Source: Patescibacteria group bacterium (GTDB lineage Bacteria; Patescibacteriota; Patescibacteriia; UBA1558). Taken from it: a stretch of DNA of 64,000 nt. The stretch spans positions 2,590 through 66,589 of the forward strand of contig JADHUR010000003.1 of the NCBI GenBank assembly GCA_016784445.1, given 5' to 3'. Shown one piece after another: positions 17,507 to 27,330 of this stretch (positions within the stretch are counted from its first letter, which is position 1; each line of letters opens with the position of its first letter). The notes beneath the pieces were generated by a model. The model had not been told where the DNA came from. It saw only the letters and a list, made by a program, of their open reading frames with translations, and did not search any database. The position numbers and the translations under genes were made by a program.

Positions 17507-19172
17507 TGAAAAGGTAAAAAATATAATAATAGACACTGGGCTTATAACAGAAGCTAAACTTTTAGAATTGGAAAAAAATGCTAAAGAGAAAAAAACTTCT
17601 CTAACAGTGCAGCTTATTAATGAGGGCATTTTATCTGATGAATATTTAGGAGAATTAATAGCAGATAATTTTGGTTGGCGTTATATTAATTTAAAGAATA
17701 CTGCTATTAAAGATGAGGTTTTAAAAACAATACCTGAATTGGTTGCAAAAAAGCAGCAAGCAATACCTTTTAAGATTGAAGGCAATACTATTAAAGTAGC
17801 AATGAATGATCCAGATAATTTAGAATTTATTCATCTATTAGAAAAAAAGAGTGGTAAATTTGTACAGCATTATTTTGCAACAGAAAGTGATATTAAAACA
17901 GCACTTGGTAGATACCGTAAATCAATTACAGAAGAGTTTGATGATATTATTCAGCAGAATGTAGAAGAAGCAAAGCAATCAGTAAAGGCAGAGGATTTAC
18001 CAGTAGTTCGTATAGTAGATACAATTTTGCAATATGCCTATCAAAATGGAGCATCAGATGTACATATTGAACCCTATGAAGGTAAGAGTTTACTTAGGTA
18101 TAGAATAGATGGTCTTTTACATGATGTTATTGATTTACCAAAACGTGTGCACGATTTATTAATAACTCGTATTAAAATATTGTCTCAATTAAGAATAGAT
18201 GAACATAGGGCAGCACAAGATGGTAAGCTTCAATTTATGACTGAAGATGGAAGAGTAGATGTTCGTGTTTCAACTGTTCCAATAACAGAGGGTGAGAAAG
18301 TTGTTATGAGATTATTATCTGCTAAGAATAAACAATATAGATTAGATGACTTAGGTTTTTCAGATAGTGATTTAAAGAAAGTAAATAATGCTATTAAAAG
18401 ACCTCATGGCATGATACTAGCAACTGGACCAACAGGATCTGGTAAAACTACTACACTTTATGCTGTATTGCAGATATTGAATAATAGAGATATTAATATT
18501 TCAACCATTGAAGATCCAGTTGAATATGATATGGAGGGTATTAATCAAATACAAGTTAATAATAAAACAAATTTAACCTTTGCTAATGGTTTAAGATCAC
18601 TTTTAAGACAAGATCCGGATATCATTATGGTTGGAGAAATTAGAGACCCCGAAACTGCTAGTATAGCTGTTAATTCTGCCATGACTGGGCATTTAGTATT
18701 ATCTACACTTCACACCAATGATGCTGCTACAACTATTCCAAGATTTGTAGATATGGGTATTGAACCATTCCTTGTCTCTTCTACGATAAATATTGCTATG
18801 GCACAAAGACTTGTTAGAAAGAATTGTGTTAAATGTTTAGCTAGTTATACTATTTCAAAGGCTGAACTAGCCAAGTCTTTTGATTCTAAGGTGATAGATA
18901 AATCACTGGGTAGTAAAAAGGAATATAGATTATATAAATCAAAGGGTTGTGAGGTTTGTCATAAGTCTGGATACAAGGGTAGAGTGGGACTTTATGAAAT
19001 AATAGAAATGTCTAGAAGTATGAAGGAATTGATTATGAATAAAGCAAATGCAGATGAGATTAAAACTTTAGCAATTAAAGAAGGTATGACGACAATGCTT
19101 GAGGATGGATTACTTAAAGTAGCTAAAGGTATTACCACTATAGAAGAAGTAATGCGAGTATCTAAAGAATAA
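17499..19172 (+). CDS. pilB: Type IV pilus assembly ATPase PilB (GspE family)
   Basis: Walker A ATGPTGSGKTTTLYA. Asp box, His box, the tetracysteine CxxC..CxxC motif and the N-terminal GspE_N domain. Confidence 0.85.
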   Translation: MDNEKVKNIIIDTGLITEAKLLELEKNAKEKKTSLTVQLINEGILSDEYLGELIADNFGWRYINLKNTAIKDEVLKTIPELVAKKQQAIPFKIEGNTIKVAMNDPDNLEFIHLLEKKSGKFVQHYFATESDIKTALGRYRKSITEEFDDIIQQNVEEAKQSVKAEDLPVVRIVDTILQYAYQNGASDVHIEPYEGKSLLRYRIDGLLHDVIDLPKRVHDLLITRIKILSQLRIDEHRAAQDGKLQFMTEDGRVDVRVSTVPITEGEKVVMRLLSAKNKQYRLDDLGFSDSDLKKVNNAIKRPHGMILATGPTGSGKTTTLYAVLQILNNRDINISTIEDPVEYDMEGINQIQVNNKTNLTFANGLRSLLRQDPDIIMVGEIRDPETASIAVNSAMTGHLVLSTLHTNDAATTIPRFVDMGIEPFLVSSTINIAMAQRLVRKNCVKCLASYTISKAELAKSFDSKVIDKSLGSKKEYRLYKSKGCEVCHKSGYKGRVGLYEIIEMSRSMKELIMNKANADEIKTLAIKEGMTTMLEDGLLKVAKGITTIEEVMRVSKE

Positions 19173-19174
19173 TT

Positions 19175-20383
19175 ATGATTTTTACATACATTGTTACAAA
19201 TAAAGACAGTAAAATACAAAAGGGAGAGATTGAAGCTCCAGATAAAGCAACTGCTTTAATGGAACTTAAAAAGCAGGATCTTTTAATTGTAAGAGTAGAT
19301 AAAAAAGTAAAGAGGCAAGCTAAAGAAATATCTTTTGGTGGGGTGAAATTTATAGATAAGGTACTTGTTGCAAGACATTTAGCTATTATGATCAAGTCTG
19401 GCGTTAGTATGGCAGAAGCTTTAGATATTTTAGTAGATCAATCTTCAAATCCAAAACTTAAGACTGTTTTGAAAGATGTTCTTAAGAATGTATTATCTGG
19501 ACACACTTTATCTTCTTCATTGGGAAAGCATAATAAAGTATTTTCAGAGCTCTTTATTAATATGGTAAAAATTGGTGAGACAAGCGGTACATTAGCAGAA
19601 ACATTAGATTATTTGGCAGAAGAGTTAGAGAAAAGTTATGCAATGAAGAAAAAGATTAAAGCGGCTGCTATTTACCCATCTATTATATTAATTGCCACAC
19701 TTGGTCTTTCTTTTGTATTGGTATATTTTATTTTACCAAAAATGATTAAATTATTTGAAACATTAACAGTTGAATTACCAACTTCAACAAAGATATTAAT
19801 AGGCATTGCGAATGCGGCAGAGAATCATGGTTTATTAATGTTAATAATAATTGTAGCTGCTATTATTATTGTGACATATTTACTTAAACAAGAATATGTG
19901 AAGAAATATACACATAAGTTAATATTGAAAATACCGGTATTTGGACATATATCACAGCAATTAAATTTAACCACTTTCAATAGAACGCTTGGTACTTTAT
20001 TAAAAAGTGGAGTACAAGTAGTCGAAGCTTTAACTATTACATCTGGTATTTTAAATAATAGAATGTATAGATCACAAGTATTATTAATAGCTGATGAGGT
20101 TACTAGAGGCCTGTCTTTATCCGAATCATTATCTGCTAAATCTAATAAACTATTTCCTAAGATGTCTACTAGATTATTACAAGTGGGTGAAAAAACAGGT
20201 GAGCTGGAAAATTCTTTAATATATTTAGGAGATTTCTATGGTAAAGAAGTAGATAATATTACTAAGAATTTATCTAATATTTTGGAACCATTATTATTAA
20301 TTGTGATGGGTTTAATGGTTGGTTTTGTAGCTATTTCTATTATTCAGCCAGTTTATCAAATATCTGGTGGTTTAAGAAAATAA
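19175..20383 (+). CDS. pilC: Type IV pilus inner-membrane platform protein PilC (GspF family)
   Basis: 402 aa with two repeated GspF domains and 3 TM helices. Follows pilB. Confidence 0.85.
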   Translation: MIFTYIVTNKDSKIQKGEIEAPDKATALMELKKQDLLIVRVDKKVKRQAKEISFGGVKFIDKVLVARHLAIMIKSGVSMAEALDILVDQSSNPKLKTVLKDVLKNVLSGHTLSSSLGKHNKVFSELFINMVKIGETSGTLAETLDYLAEELEKSYAMKKKIKAAAIYPSIILIATLGLSFVLVYFILPKMIKLFETLTVELPTSTKILIGIANAAENHGLLMLIIIVAAIIIVTYLLKQEYVKKYTHKLILKIPVFGHISQQLNLTTFNRTLGTLLKSGVQVVEALTITSGILNNRMYRSQVLLIADEVTRGLSLSESLSAKSNKLFPKMSTRLLQVGEKTGELENSLIYLGDFYGKEVDNITKNLSNILEPLLLIVMGLMVGFVAISIIQPVYQISGGLRK

Positions 20384-20841
20384 TGTTTTTAAATATCAAA
20401 CAAGGAGGATTTAGTATAGTGCAAGTATTATTGGTATTAGCTATTTTTTTAGTAATAGCAAGTATGGCCATACCATCTTTGTATCAATTTCAAGTTGGAG
20501 CTCAAGTAGATACAGTAGCAGCTGAACTTGGTCAAAGTTTAAGGAGAGCACAATCTAGAGCTATAGTTGGTTATGATAATACAAATTGGGGAGTATATTT
20601 TGAAGAGGATGCTTATACTATATATTCAGGCAATGATTATAATACTAGAAATACCGATAGAGATGAAAGTTATCCATATTCTAATTCTATATTAATTATT
20701 AATGATTTTTCAGATGAGATTGTTTTCACAAGAATTTCTGGACTACCTAGTTCTGAAGGAAACATTACTTTAAGTAATAGTATGAATTCAGATCAGTCGA
20801 CTATAACTATTAATTCTTTAGGAGTAATTGAGTATAGATAA
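20383..20841 (+). CDS. Pseudopilin/minor pilin with Gln at position +5
   Basis: Class III signal KQGG|FSIVQVLLVLAIFLVIA. Mature N-terminus F-S-I-V-Q instead of F-T-L-I-E. Confidence 0.55.
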   Translation: MFLNIKQGGFSIVQVLLVLAIFLVIASMAIPSLYQFQVGAQVDTVAAELGQSLRRAQSRAIVGYDNTNWGVYFEEDAYTIYSGNDYNTRNTDRDESYPYSNSILIINDFSDEIVFTRISGLPSSEGNITLSNSMNSDQSTITINSLGVIEYR

Positions 20842-23791
20842 AATGATAAAGAAAATAAATAATAGAGGTTTTTCTTTAATTGAAGCTATTGTAGCTTTAG
20901 GAGTTTTTGCTTTACTTGCTGCAACTGTTTCGAGTACAGCTGGTCTTGGTTATTTATCTGAGAAGCAAAGCGGAGAAAGAATTATCGCCCAAAATTATTC
21001 AACGGAGGCTATGGAGGCTGTTAAAAGTATTCGTGAAAGGGGTTGGTCAGAACTTTTAATTGGTAATCATGGTTTAGATAAAACTAGTGGTTATTGGGAA
21101 TTTAATGGCACAGAAGATATTATCGGAAATTATACTAGGCAAATTATTATTGCAGCTGTTTATAGAGATCAGGATGGATTAATTGTGCCTGAAGTAGATG
21201 GTAATATAGATAATCACACTAAACTTATAACAGTAATAGTATCTTGGGCATTATCACCTAGTGCTAATAATGAATTAATTATTAATACATACTTAACAAA
21301 TTGGGAAAGTAAAGATTGGTCTCAAACAAATTGGTCAGGAGGAGATAATCAGTCAGAATATTTAGATGAAACTAAATTTTGGGAAGTGAGTGAAGGAATA
21401 GATACTGAAACCATTGGAGAGGTTAAACTTGCAACAGTTGGTGCCATTCCTAGTCCTTATGCCTTATTGATGCATATGGACGGTCCACGTTATAAAGCTA
21501 CAGACATTATAGATAATAATAATTTCAGTGATTATTCTGGAATAAGTCCAGATATTATTTGGCCAAATTGGACTGAAACAGGTTTGGGTTCAGAGACAGA
21601 TAGTATTACTGGGCAACAAGGACAAGCTGCTGAAATTAGTTTTGATTGGTGGCTAGGCCTTGGTGGTATAGAGCAAACATCTATCCCAGTAGAAGGGGAT
21701 ACAACTTATCAGATAGCTTTTTATCTTAAGGGAGATATCTCATATTTTAGTTTTACAATTAAGGATGATGAAAATAATTATTTAAAATCTGATGGAAATT
21801 GGAGCACTTGGTTTAGTACAAATTATGTAAACACATCAGAGGATTGGACGCAGTTTAATACAAGCTTTACTACACGTAGCGGTATTACGAGTATTGATTT
21901 GAGCCTATCAGGACTTGCAGCCAGTTCAGATCAATGGTTTGCAGTTGATGAAATTAGTTTATCTAGAGAAGTAGTATATGATGATGGTCCATTTGGTAAT
22001 CATGGTTATAAATTACCCGATGATAATGATGGACCAAATTATGAAACAGGAAATTTTGCAGATGGACTAAATTTTGATGGAGCTGTGGGTATAGATAATG
22101 GCGATGCAGTTATTATTCCTTCAGCAGATAGTTTAAATATAGTATCAGCTATTACATTAGAAGCTTGGATATATCCAGAAAATATTGGTAATGAGGATAG
22201 AGAAATTGTAAACAAATGGTCTTGGACTAGTGGGGATTATAGATCTTATAGATTAACGGTAACTGGTGCAGATAAATTGGAATTTGCTTTAAGTAGCGAT
22301 GGAGGTACTGGTAATGGGCATGAGTATACGGTTATAAGTGGTAGTAAAATAAATGTTAATGAATGGCAGCATGTGGTTGGCACATATAATGGTACAGAAA
22401 TGAAAGTGTATATTAATAGTAATGAAGAGGGCTCAACTTCATATAATGGTGGTATTTTTAATAGTGGTGAAAATAGTAATGTTATGATTGGTTCAATAGA
22501 TAATAATTTAAATAATAATCATAGATTTGAGGGTATAATAGATGAAGTATCTATTGAGAATATTGCTTTGAGTGAGACAGAAGTTTTTGATCATTTTACA
22601 AATTCTCCACTAACTCCAGAGGCTATTATTACTTGGACATCACCAGTTCCAGAGGGAACATTTATGGTAGATAAGAAAGTAGCAGGAATGCATGTAATTG
22701 GTGATTATCTATATCTAGCCTTGCTTGAAAAGAAAAGAGTAGAGGTCTTTGATTTATCTACGAGTGCTACAGAGCCAGTTTCTTTAGGATTAATTATTAC
22801 AACCGGTAAGTCTGAGGATGTATTTACTTATGGTAATTATATTTATGTTATGACGGATAATGCTAGTCCTGGTTTGGAAATTTATCAATATACTAGTACG
22901 CCTATAGATGCAGTTTTTGTGGGGGATATAAACTTGAGTACAGCTCCAAGTGGTTTATGGATTGATGGAGATATTATGTATATAGCTTTGCAAAGTAATG
23001 AAGTGGAAGTTTATAGTTTATTAGCAGACCCCCTTATACCAATATCTCTTGGTAATTTTTCAACTGTGAGCGATACAACAGATATTACAATTTATGGAGA
23101 CTATGCTTATGTAAGTTTAGATAATGATATTCAAGCTATGCAAGTATTTGATATATCATTAGATCCTAGTAATCCAAGCTCAACAGATATTGTTGGAGCT
23201 ATAGATACTCCAATTGGTATTACATCTAGAGAAGGATATTTATTCTTGGTAACTGGAGGAGCTAGTCGTAAAGTTCTTGTCTATGATATTTATGAGATTC
23301 CAGCAAATCCGGCCGCAATAGGTGATTTAGATATTGCAGATAATGGTTGGGACATGGCAACTAGAGGAAGTTATTTATATATAGGTTTAGGTGGAAGTAG
23401 TAAGGGTGTTCAGGTTTTTGATATGACATTTATGCTTGCAGGAGGTGCTGGACAGTCTAATTATGAAGTATATGGTAGTTTAGAATCTTCTGCTTTTGAT
23501 ACTACTTCTACTTCAGGTTTTAATTTTATATCTTGGTCAGAAATGTTACCATCTGCCGAAGAAAATGTTCGTGTTCAAATAAAGACAGCAGATACTTTAC
23601 TTGGACTTGACTCTGCAATTTGGTCAGGTGCTAGTGGTAATGGAACATACTATGATGATGGTATTGAAAATATTATACCAATTATATCTAGTCATAATGG
23701 AGATAGATATATAAAATATATGGTTCATTTATATGGCTCTGGTGATGACACTCCTATTATGACAGATATTAATATTAATTATACTCCTTGA
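20828..23791 (+). CDS. Giant pilin-like protein (987 aa) with LamG/ConA-like domain and LVIVD beta-propeller repeats
   Basis: Prepilin N-terminus NNRG|FSLIEAIVALGVFALLA. Middle region WSWTSGDYRSYRLTV..EWQHVVGTYNGTEMKVYING is typical of Laminin_G_3. C-terminal half has at least 6 repeats of G(D/N)Y(A/L)Y(V/L)..(V/I)(F/Y)D(I/L)S (LVIVD repeat). Confidence 0.65.
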   Translation: MSIDKMIKKINNRGFSLIEAIVALGVFALLAATVSSTAGLGYLSEKQSGERIIAQNYSTEAMEAVKSIRERGWSELLIGNHGLDKTSGYWEFNGTEDIIGNYTRQIIIAAVYRDQDGLIVPEVDGNIDNHTKLITVIVSWALSPSANNELIINTYLTNWESKDWSQTNWSGGDNQSEYLDETKFWEVSEGIDTETIGEVKLATVGAIPSPYALLMHMDGPRYKATDIIDNNNFSDYSGISPDIIWPNWTETGLGSETDSITGQQGQAAEISFDWWLGLGGIEQTSIPVEGDTTYQIAFYLKGDISYFSFTIKDDENNYLKSDGNWSTWFSTNYVNTSEDWTQFNTSFTTRSGITSIDLSLSGLAASSDQWFAVDEISLSREVVYDDGPFGNHGYKLPDDNDGPNYETGNFADGLNFDGAVGIDNGDAVIIPSADSLNIVSAITLEAWIYPENIGNEDREIVNKWSWTSGDYRSYRLTVTGADKLEFALSSDGGTGNGHEYTVISGSKINVNEWQHVVGTYNGTEMKVYINSNEEGSTSYNGGIFNSGENSNVMIGSIDNNLNNNHRFEGIIDEVSIENIALSETEVFDHFTNSPLTPEAIITWTSPVPEGTFMVDKKVAGMHVIGDYLYLALLEKKRVEVFDLSTSATEPVSLGLIITTGKSEDVFTYGNYIYVMTDNASPGLEIYQYTSTPIDAVFVGDINLSTAPSGLWIDGDIMYIALQSNEVEVYSLLADPLIPISLGNFSTVSDTTDITIYGDYAYVSLDNDIQAMQVFDISLDPSNPSSTDIVGAIDTPIGITSREGYLFLVTGGASRKVLVYDIYEIPANPAAIGDLDIADNGWDMATRGSYLYIGLGGSSKGVQVFDMTFMLAGGAGQSNYEVYGSLESSAFDTTSTSGFNFISWSEMLPSAEENVRVQIKTADTLLGLDSAIWSGASGNGTYYDDGIENIIPIISSHNGDRYIKYMVHLYGSGDDTPIMTDININYTP

Positions 23792-24282
23792 TGAAAAGAA
23801 ATCAGTCAGGCTTAACTTTAATAGAAATTATCATATATGTAACAATTGTTTCTATGATTTTAACTGTAGCTATATTTTTTGCATGGGATGTAATTGGTGG
23901 ACAGACTAAAAGCTATATAATAACGGAAGTTAATCAAAATAGTAGATTTATTATTAGTACAATAAGTAAAGATATACGTCAGGCTAATACTTTAAATTCA
24001 GTCTCAGAGACTGTTTTAGATATAGATTTACTTTCAGGAGATAATATTGTATATACCTTTGATAATTTAGCAAATACTATAAGTAGACAGGCAAATGCAG
24101 GGGATATAATAGTTTTAAATAGTGCAGTTGTAAATGTAATGGGTATTTGGGAAGACCTTTCTACAATGCAAGCAAGCGCTATAGGATTGGATATAACAAT
24201 TACATATAATTCAGAATCTGGTCATTCAGATTGGGAATCAACATTATCTACAGAAACTTCTTTTAATTTAAATTTACAATGA
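23788..24282 (+). CDS. Minor pilin (prepilin-type N-terminus)
   Basis: NQSG|LTLIEIIIYVTIVSMIL with Glu+5. 164 aa. Confidence 0.55.
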   Translation: MMKRNQSGLTLIEIIIYVTIVSMILTVAIFFAWDVIGGQTKSYIITEVNQNSRFIISTISKDIRQANTLNSVSETVLDIDLLSGDNIVYTFDNLANTISRQANAGDIIVLNSAVVNVMGIWEDLSTMQASAIGLDITITYNSESGHSDWESTLSTETSFNLNLQ

Positions 24283-24647
24283 TGAATCAACAAGGAATGA
24301 TAGCATTAATATCTATATTGGTAATTAGTTCAGTGGTTCTTACTATTACTATTTCTTTGAGTTGGTATTCAACGGCAGAATTGCAAATGTCTTGGTGGGC
24401 AAATAAATCAGAGGTAGCTTATGAATTAGCAATATCTTGCATGGAAGAGGGTTTAAATGATTTACGTTTAGATTGGACAAATGTAAGTAAAGAGCTATCA
24501 ATTGACGGAGATTCATGTATAATTAATATTGAAACAACTGTAGATAATGCTACAGTTATATCTACTGCTACTGTAGGGGATTTAACAAGATCAATTATTG
24601 TAGTAGTAGATGATTCTTTAGAATTTACTTCTTGGCAAGAAAATTAA
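24279..24647 (+). CDS. PilX-like minor pilin
   Basis: QQGMIALISILVISSVVLTITISL matches the PilX_N hydrophobic N-terminus. 122 aa. Confidence 0.4.
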   Translation: MMNQQGMIALISILVISSVVLTITISLSWYSTAELQMSWWANKSEVAYELAISCMEEGLNDLRLDWTNVSKELSIDGDSCIINIETTVDNATVISTATVGDLTRSIIVVVDDSLEFTSWQEN

Positions 24648-26659
24648 TGGCAAAATTAAACAGCTTTATAGCATTAGATGTCTCGGACAACTCTTTGCAG
24701 GTAATGGAATGTCAAAGAGATTTTTGGGGACGCTATATAATTAAAAAAATTAATAGACTCGCTCTTGAAAGAGGAACTATTGTTAATGGTGAGATTAAGA
24801 ATGCAAATGCATTGCTAAAGGCGATTAAGAAACTTTTAAAAACAGCCAAACCCTCTGCTATTAGCACTAATAACTGTTTTTTATCTATACCTGAAAATAA
24901 AGTATTTACACATATATTTCATGTACCAATAGATTTAAAGAATGATGATATTGAAGATTTCTTACTTAATCAATCGGAAGGTATTATTCCTTTCAATAGA
25001 GAAACTGTTATTTCAGATTATGAAGTTGTTGAGGTGACAGCTAAAGAGAAGATAATATTTTATGCAGCTGCTCCTCAAAAGCTCGTAAATGATATTTTAG
25101 CTATTTTAAAGCAAGTAAAGCTTAATGTATTATTGATTGAATTAGAATCACTTAGTTCTGCTAGGTCACTTCTTTCAAAAGCAGCAATTAAGGATGCTAA
25201 TATGATAATAGATATCGGTGGTAATTTTTCCAATATTGCTATTTATGATAAACAGGGTTTAAAGTTGACAGTAAGTATACCTCTGGCGGGTAATCAATTT
25301 ACAAAAGAGATACGTTCTAAAACAAAATTGACAATCGCAAAGGCTACTGAATTAAAGATGAAAAAGGGTTTAACAAGTACTAATAAAAAAGGTGTTAAAG
25401 CCCTGCAGGACAGTTTAGATAAAATAATTGAAGAAATATTGAGGTCAGCTAAATACTTTGAAGAAATATCAGGTCAAAAGATAAAAAAGATAATATTAGT
25501 CGGCGGATCTGCTAAAATGCCTGGAATTATTGAATACTTGACTGGTAAGACAGGACTTATTGTTGAGCTGGGTAATCCATGGCATAGATTAAAAAAGAGT
25601 CCAGAGGTCTTAAAATTGTTCACCAAGAGACAAGGAATATTATATTCAACAGTAATAGGTTTAATGTTAAGAGGTAAGTATAAAGACTATAGGAAGGGAA
25701 TTAATTTAATTCCATCAGGAGACAAAAGGAAAAATATAATTCAATTAAGTAGTGGCAGTAAAGGAGATTGGGTAAAATATATTATATTTGCCGCGATTGT
25801 TATTGTCTTTGTTCTATTAATTGTTTTTAAGGATACTATCAGGGGAGATGAACCTATTGTCAAAACAAAACCTGTAAATATTATTGAACAATCCATACCA
25901 ATGATCATTAGTTATAATACAGAAGTAGAAGATGATTTAAATATTGGTAGAATTGGAGGAGAGATTATTGAACGCACTGGTGAAGCAATAGTGCCATGGC
26001 AGGGTGTGACAACTGATCAGTTAACTGTACTCGCAGATGATCATTTGATTGTATATAATAATTCAGATGAAGATATAACGCTTATTGTAAAATCAAGACT
26101 TGCCTTAAATGAGGAAATATATTATCTAGAGGAGCCATTACATTTAACACCAAGTGAGTCAAAAGTTGTGAAGTTAATTGGAGACAATGGGGATATTATC
26201 CTAAAAGAAGGTATATATAAATTTATTGCTTTATCAGATCAAAGGCAGGAGTTAATATATGGTCAAAAAGAAAATGAGGTACAAATTATACCACCAGAGC
26301 AAATTAGCCAGATAGATATTACGAGTATTATTTCTCTTCAAGAAAGTTTAAGACAAATAACTCAAATTAATTCATATAATGAGTTAGAAGACGATATATA
26401 TATGGATGAACCTATTAAATCTCAAGTTATAGGTATAAAATATATTAATATGGGGGATAAGCAAGTGGGCATAAAGATGATAGCATCTTATCAATGGCTT
26501 AAACTTAATAGAGATGACTTAGTAATAGTTGCCTCTAATAAATTAAATAATACAGAAATTATAGAGAAATTAGATATGGCTGTATTTAAGGTAATGAAGC
26601 AATCTTTTAATGAAGCAGAACAAGTAGTTAATGTTGATGTAATGCTGTCAGTTTATTAA
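24632..26659 (+). CDS. pilM: PilM-PilN fusion with an additional 270-aa extracytoplasmic C-terminal domain
   Basis: N-terminal 350 aa actin-like ATPase fold (IALDVSDNSLQVMEC.., IIDIGGNFSNIAIYD, ILVGGSAKMPGI). Single TM WVKYIIFAAIVIVFVLLIVF (PilN-like), then an uncharacterised domain. Confidence 0.7.
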   Translation: MARKLMAKLNSFIALDVSDNSLQVMECQRDFWGRYIIKKINRLALERGTIVNGEIKNANALLKAIKKLLKTAKPSAISTNNCFLSIPENKVFTHIFHVPIDLKNDDIEDFLLNQSEGIIPFNRETVISDYEVVEVTAKEKIIFYAAAPQKLVNDILAILKQVKLNVLLIELESLSSARSLLSKAAIKDANMIIDIGGNFSNIAIYDKQGLKLTVSIPLAGNQFTKEIRSKTKLTIAKATELKMKKGLTSTNKKGVKALQDSLDKIIEEILRSAKYFEEISGQKIKKIILVGGSAKMPGIIEYLTGKTGLIVELGNPWHRLKKSPEVLKLFTKRQGILYSTVIGLMLRGKYKDYRKGINLIPSGDKRKNIIQLSSGSKGDWVKYIIFAAIVIVFVLLIVFKDTIRGDEPIVKTKPVNIIEQSIPMIISYNTEVEDDLNIGRIGGEIIERTGEAIVPWQGVTTDQLTVLADDHLIVYNNSDEDITLIVKSRLALNEEIYYLEEPLHLTPSESKVVKLIGDNGDIILKEGIYKFIALSDQRQELIYGQKENEVQIIPPEQISQIDITSIISLQESLRQITQINSYNELEDDIYMDEPIKSQVIGIKYINMGDKQVGIKMIASYQWLKLNRDDLVIVASNKLNNTEIIEKLDMAVFKVMKQSFNEAEQVVNVDVMLSVY

Positions 26660-26668
26660 TAGTATAAA

Positions 26669-26697
26669 TTGTCAATATTGTAAAAAAATGCTATACT
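26669..26697 (+). promoter_or_regulatory. Strong sigma-70 promoter for the major pilin (TTGTCA-17-TGcTATACT)
   Basis: -35 TTGTCA at 26669-74, 17-nt spacer, extended -10 TGcTATACT at 26689-97. About 105 nt upstream of the pilin start. Confidence 0.55.
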
Positions 26698-26803
26698 ATT
26701 AGTGTATAGATTTGAAATAGTCTAATTTATATATTTTAATTTGATTTAACTAATTTACTCTAGCATCTCTGGTGCTAACGGTAACTAAAGAAAGTTTAAC
26801 ACC

Positions 26804-27268
26804 ATGAAAAAAGGTTTTACTTTGATTGAGTTGTTAATAGTAATTGGTATTATTGCTATTTTGGCAGCTCTAACATTTGTAGCGGTTGATCCTGCTACAC
26901 GTTTTGCAGAAGCAAGAAATGCTGAACGTTGGTCTGCTGCTAATTCAGTACTAAATGCAGTACTAAAATTCCAAGTAGACAATGATGGTACTATGCCAGC
27001 TGCTATTGATGCAGTTGCAGGTAGTGCTCAAGTATTAGGAACAGCAGCAAGTGGCTGTGATGCAACATGTACAGCTGAAACAACAGTTGCAGCTTGTGTA
27101 GATTTAAGTGGAGATTTGGTAACAGCTTATTTGGCTGCTATCCCACAAGATCCTTCAACTGGTACAGCCGCTAACTCAGATTACTACATAAACGTAGATG
27201 CTAATAATCGTCTAAGTGTTGGTGCTTGTGATCCTGAACTATCTGAAACTATCGTAACTCAGAGATAA
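26804..27268 (+). CDS. pilA: Type IV major pilin candidate (PilA-like)
   Basis: MKKG|FTLIELLIVIGIIAILAAL. Ala/Thr-rich head with two Cys pairs (disulfide loops). Own strong promoter and terminator. Confidence 0.75.
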   Translation: MKKGFTLIELLIVIGIIAILAALTFVAVDPATRFAEARNAERWSAANSVLNAVLKFQVDNDGTMPAAIDAVAGSAQVLGTAASGCDATCTAETTVAACVDLSGDLVTAYLAAIPQDPSTGTAANSDYYINVDANNRLSVGACDPELSETIVTQR

Positions 27269-27285
27269 TATATCTTGTTTATAGA

Positions 27286-27316
27286 AAGACTTCTATTTTC
27301 AATAGGAGTCTTTTTT
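27286..27316 (+). terminator. Intrinsic terminator after the major pilin gene
   Basis: aagacttctatt-ttca-aataggagtctt (12 bp, 1 mismatch) followed by T6. Confidence 0.65.
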
Positions 27317-27330
27317 GTTATAATATACTT

